Below, one piece after another: positions 61,643 through 64,000 of a stretch of 64,000 nucleotides of DNA (its first letter is position 1; every line of letters starts with the position of its first letter). Position numbers and translations under genes: made by a program. Below the pieces are notes generated by a model that was not told where the DNA came from, did not search any database, and saw only the letters and a list, made by a program, of their open reading frames with translations. The stretch covers positions 1,612,001-1,676,000 of the forward strand of contig JADEYG010000002.1 in the NCBI GenBank assembly GCA_016906335.1, read 5' to 3'. The stretch is from Novakomyces olei. Taxonomy: Eukaryota.

Positions 61643-64000
61643 CTACTTGACCCTTCTTGCCTTTTTCTTCGGGACTCCCTGGCCTTCATGAATTTCTTCG
61701 TCCTCCTGACCATCCTGATCCCCATGGTCTCTACGGTTTCCATATTCTCTCTGGACTTTATTGCTGCCATAGGCTTCGTGGCCCTTCTGGCTCCCTCGCT
61801 CTCGTAACCTCAGTGACCTAAGTGACCTCCGTGGCCCCTCTGGCTTCCCTGCCTCCTGGCCTCTCTGACTGACCGGATTGACCTGGCCTCCCTGGAGTTC
61901 ACCGCCTCCTTGGGCCCCCTGTCGTTGCAGATTTTCCAGCCGCTCCACTTCGGTGCTCAATATATTGAGAATTTTGTCATACAATTCTTCACCTTGTTCG
62001 ATACGTACGCCTCTTGAATCTTTCATGAACAATGCAATGCGAAGCTTTTCCATGCATCCCATCAAAGGCTTATGGTCATTAGTGAAATTTTCCGACATTT
62101 CGCGCCTAAAAATAACGGGATTATCAACGATTTTTGATTTATACGCCGAGACCTTTGACATACTGGCATAGTCCCAATCGTCATACGGAGAATTCCGATT
62201 AATAGTCTGTCCATTTCGAAAATAGTGAGTAAAAATCCAGTAAGCCACCCAAAAGTGCGACTCAATGTCATGCATCATGGTATGATCTTCTCCGTCTAGT
62301 AAAGGTATCGCCATAAACGGCCTCGTGCCTGTTCTCTCCATCGCGCCTGACAGACCAGCTTGGCTGATCCTGATCGCAAACTCAAGATCAATAAGAAATG
62401 CCCGCCGAGACCCTGGATTTTCAGACCCCTCATTCATCATCAAGTTCCCGATCGAAATGTCCCGGTGCAGAATATCATTCTTCACAAGCGACCGGTGGCC
62501 CTCAAGACATCCCATTATCCCTTTCAGTAGCTCTATGTGTGAACTTGCCTTGTACAATGGCTTCCCGTAGTCCAACACAACGACTCGTCGATGGACTCGG
62601 TTTTTGATTTTCGCATCCAAAGAATCAATCTGCTTTGCTGGCGACGACTCTCCGGACCTCTCCTCCGCATTCTCCTCTATATTCCATAATGGAGATTTCG
62701 CTGACCGAGTACTGCTTCGCCGCATGTCAAGTGCTGAAGTGCCCGATCCGGTCGATCCTCTCGACCATCTTGCTCCAAGATCCGGAATTGCCTTTTTTAG
62801 AGCTCCGGTCATGTCTAATCCATTCCGCACATTGCTCATAAGATCGTCTTCCTTGCCATCAATGTGAACCACCTCATGGTGATAATATCGCGAAATATTC
62901 TCGACACCACGAGTACCCGCTAGCTTAAGCAGCTCCCCTTCTTCCCTTCGCTCCGGCTCCTGCCACGAGTCTTTGATCACTCTGACTGCGCTCTTATCCC
63001 CTTCTCGGTGCGCCAGCCATACCGTCGTGCCTCTGCACGCAATTCCGCTCGAAGTCTTCAACACTTTGTCAATTATAAGTCGCTCACGCGTCCGCCCTCG
63101 TTTAATATCGATATATCTATCTTCCTCTCTACTGACAATTGTCGGATCGTAACCCAACTCTTTCTCTCCCATCGTAAGGAAAAACAGCATCACGTAGACT
63201 ATCAGGCCTGTTGCTTTGTTAATGTCGAATGCTTTTGATGCTATCGCCCCACATCGATCATATTTCCACACCCTCATCGACGAGTCGCAAAGCGTAAATC
63301 CCAAAACATATCGACGGTTATCCTGCGCTCGAAATATTTCCTTTATATACTTTGCAAGGCCAAGCCATGCTTGTGCAGGGCTATCGGCCTTACGACTGCT
63401 TTTTAGCTCTCCCACAACCAAGACGTTGTTCCATTGTTTATCAGCATTTCGCTTTATGAAGAAAATGTCAGGTTTGCGTGCGAACTTTCCAGGGAGAGGT
63501 TTATTCGCCGCAGACATTGTAGTTCGCCGCACCTCTGTGCCTTTAATTCGCTTGTAAATGTTGCTTATTTGCGTTACAAAACTCTTGAGCCAATCTAGCA
63601 CCGCTGCCTCCTTCGCTGATTTAGGCCAATTCTTCAATTTACCGTTTTTGAAGAGTAAGTTTTCTTGGTTTGCCTCTTTTACCACTCTCGCCGATAGTTT
63701 ATTGAGCGATTTTTTCCGAGTGGACAAAATATCCTCCACCTCAAAGTTGATATAGAAAAATTTAAGTTCAGCTTTGATTTGCTCTTCGACCTCTATTAAT
63801 CGTTCGCTAGAATTGTACGCAATAGAATTAATATTGAGTGGCGTCCCAGGAGCTTGTTTTGGTGGCTCTTCCTTCGTTTGGCTTTGAGCTTGCCTTAATC
63901 GCTCGACCTTCCTTTGGCTTTCCGCTACAACATCGTTCAGTTTCTCCCAAATCTCTAAGTCGTTATCATGTTTAAATGCAGCCGTCAGGACTGGGGCAAT
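61643..64000 (-). CDS. FunK1-family fungal protein kinase (Pkinase_fungal), 5' end beyond the window
   Basis: RKPDI, VVGELK, RRYVLGFTLC, CRGTTVW, VIKDSW, ILHRDISIGNLM, LIDLE, RTGTRPFMA and HDIESHFW. The frame stays open from 63739 to 64000. Confidence 0.93.
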   Translation of the reverse strand: MAPVLTAAFKHDNDLEIWEKLNDVVAESQRKVERLRQAQSQTKEEPPKQAPGTPLNINSIAYNSSERLIEVEEQIKAELKFFYINFEVEDILSTRKKSLNKLSARVVKEANQENLLFKNGKLKNWPKSAKEAAVLDWLKSFVTQISNIYKRIKGTEVRRTTMSAANKPLPGKFARKPDIFFIKRNADKQWNNVLVVGELKSSRKADSPAQAWLGLAKYIKEIFRAQDNRRYVLGFTLCDSSMRVWKYDRCGAIASKAFDINKATGLIVYVMLFFLTMGEKELGYDPTIVSREEDRYIDIKRGRTRERLIIDKVLKTSSGIACRGTTVWLAHREGDKSAVRVIKDSWQEPERREEGELLKLAGTRGVENISRYYHHEVVHIDGKEDDLMSNVRNGLDMTGALKKAIPDLGARWSRGSTGSGTSALDMRRSSTRSAKSPLWNIEENAEERSGESSPAKQIDSLDAKIKNRVHRRVVVLDYGKPLYKASSHIELLKGIMGCLEGHRSLVKNDILHRDISIGNLMMNEGSENPGSRRAFLIDLEFAIRISQAGLSGAMERTGTRPFMAIPLLDGEDHTMMHDIESHFWVAYWIFTHYFRNGQTINRNSPYDDWDYASMSKVSAYKSKIVDNPVIFRREMSENFTNDHKPLMGCMEKLRIALFMKDSRGVRIEQGEELYDKILNILSTEVERLENLQRQGAQGGGELQGGQVNPVSQRGQEAGKPEGPRRSLRSLRLRERGSQKGHEAYGSNKVQREYGNRRDHGDQDGQEDEEIHEGQGVPKKKARRVK

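Overview
Fungal (ascomycete) genomic DNA with short GT-AG introns and CTAAC/CTGAC branch points. The Gem1 sequence recalls fission-yeast Gem1, so a Taphrinomycotina or other early-diverging yeast is my tentative guess. The first ~12.6 kb is housekeeping: GEM1, MET10, an apparently disrupted SWP1/ribophorin II gene, an ANP1-family gene and an AzgA purine permease. From ~14 kb onward the window is a dense accessory nutrient-scavenging region. It holds a sulfonate dioxygenase, an arylsulfatase, a FAD monooxygenase, sugar and urea transporters, an iso-orotate decarboxylase + Zn2Cys6 + 2OG-dioxygenase trio, and a Zn2Cys6 + 5-oxoprolinase pair. The most notable element is a 7-gene block at 47-60 kb: 2-hydroxyacid dehydrogenase, amino-acid permease, Zn2Cys6 factor, class II aldolase, cupin, Asp/Glu-racemase-like protein and sarcosine/pipecolate-oxidase-like flavoprotein. 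Four of its promoters share a GCGG-NNNAWYA-CCG motif, which points to a co-regulated catabolic cluster of unknown substrate. The window ends with a decayed Cdc4-like WD40 pseudogene, a probable kinase C-terminal relic and a FunK1 kinase. All family assignments come from motif recognition; no database search was run.
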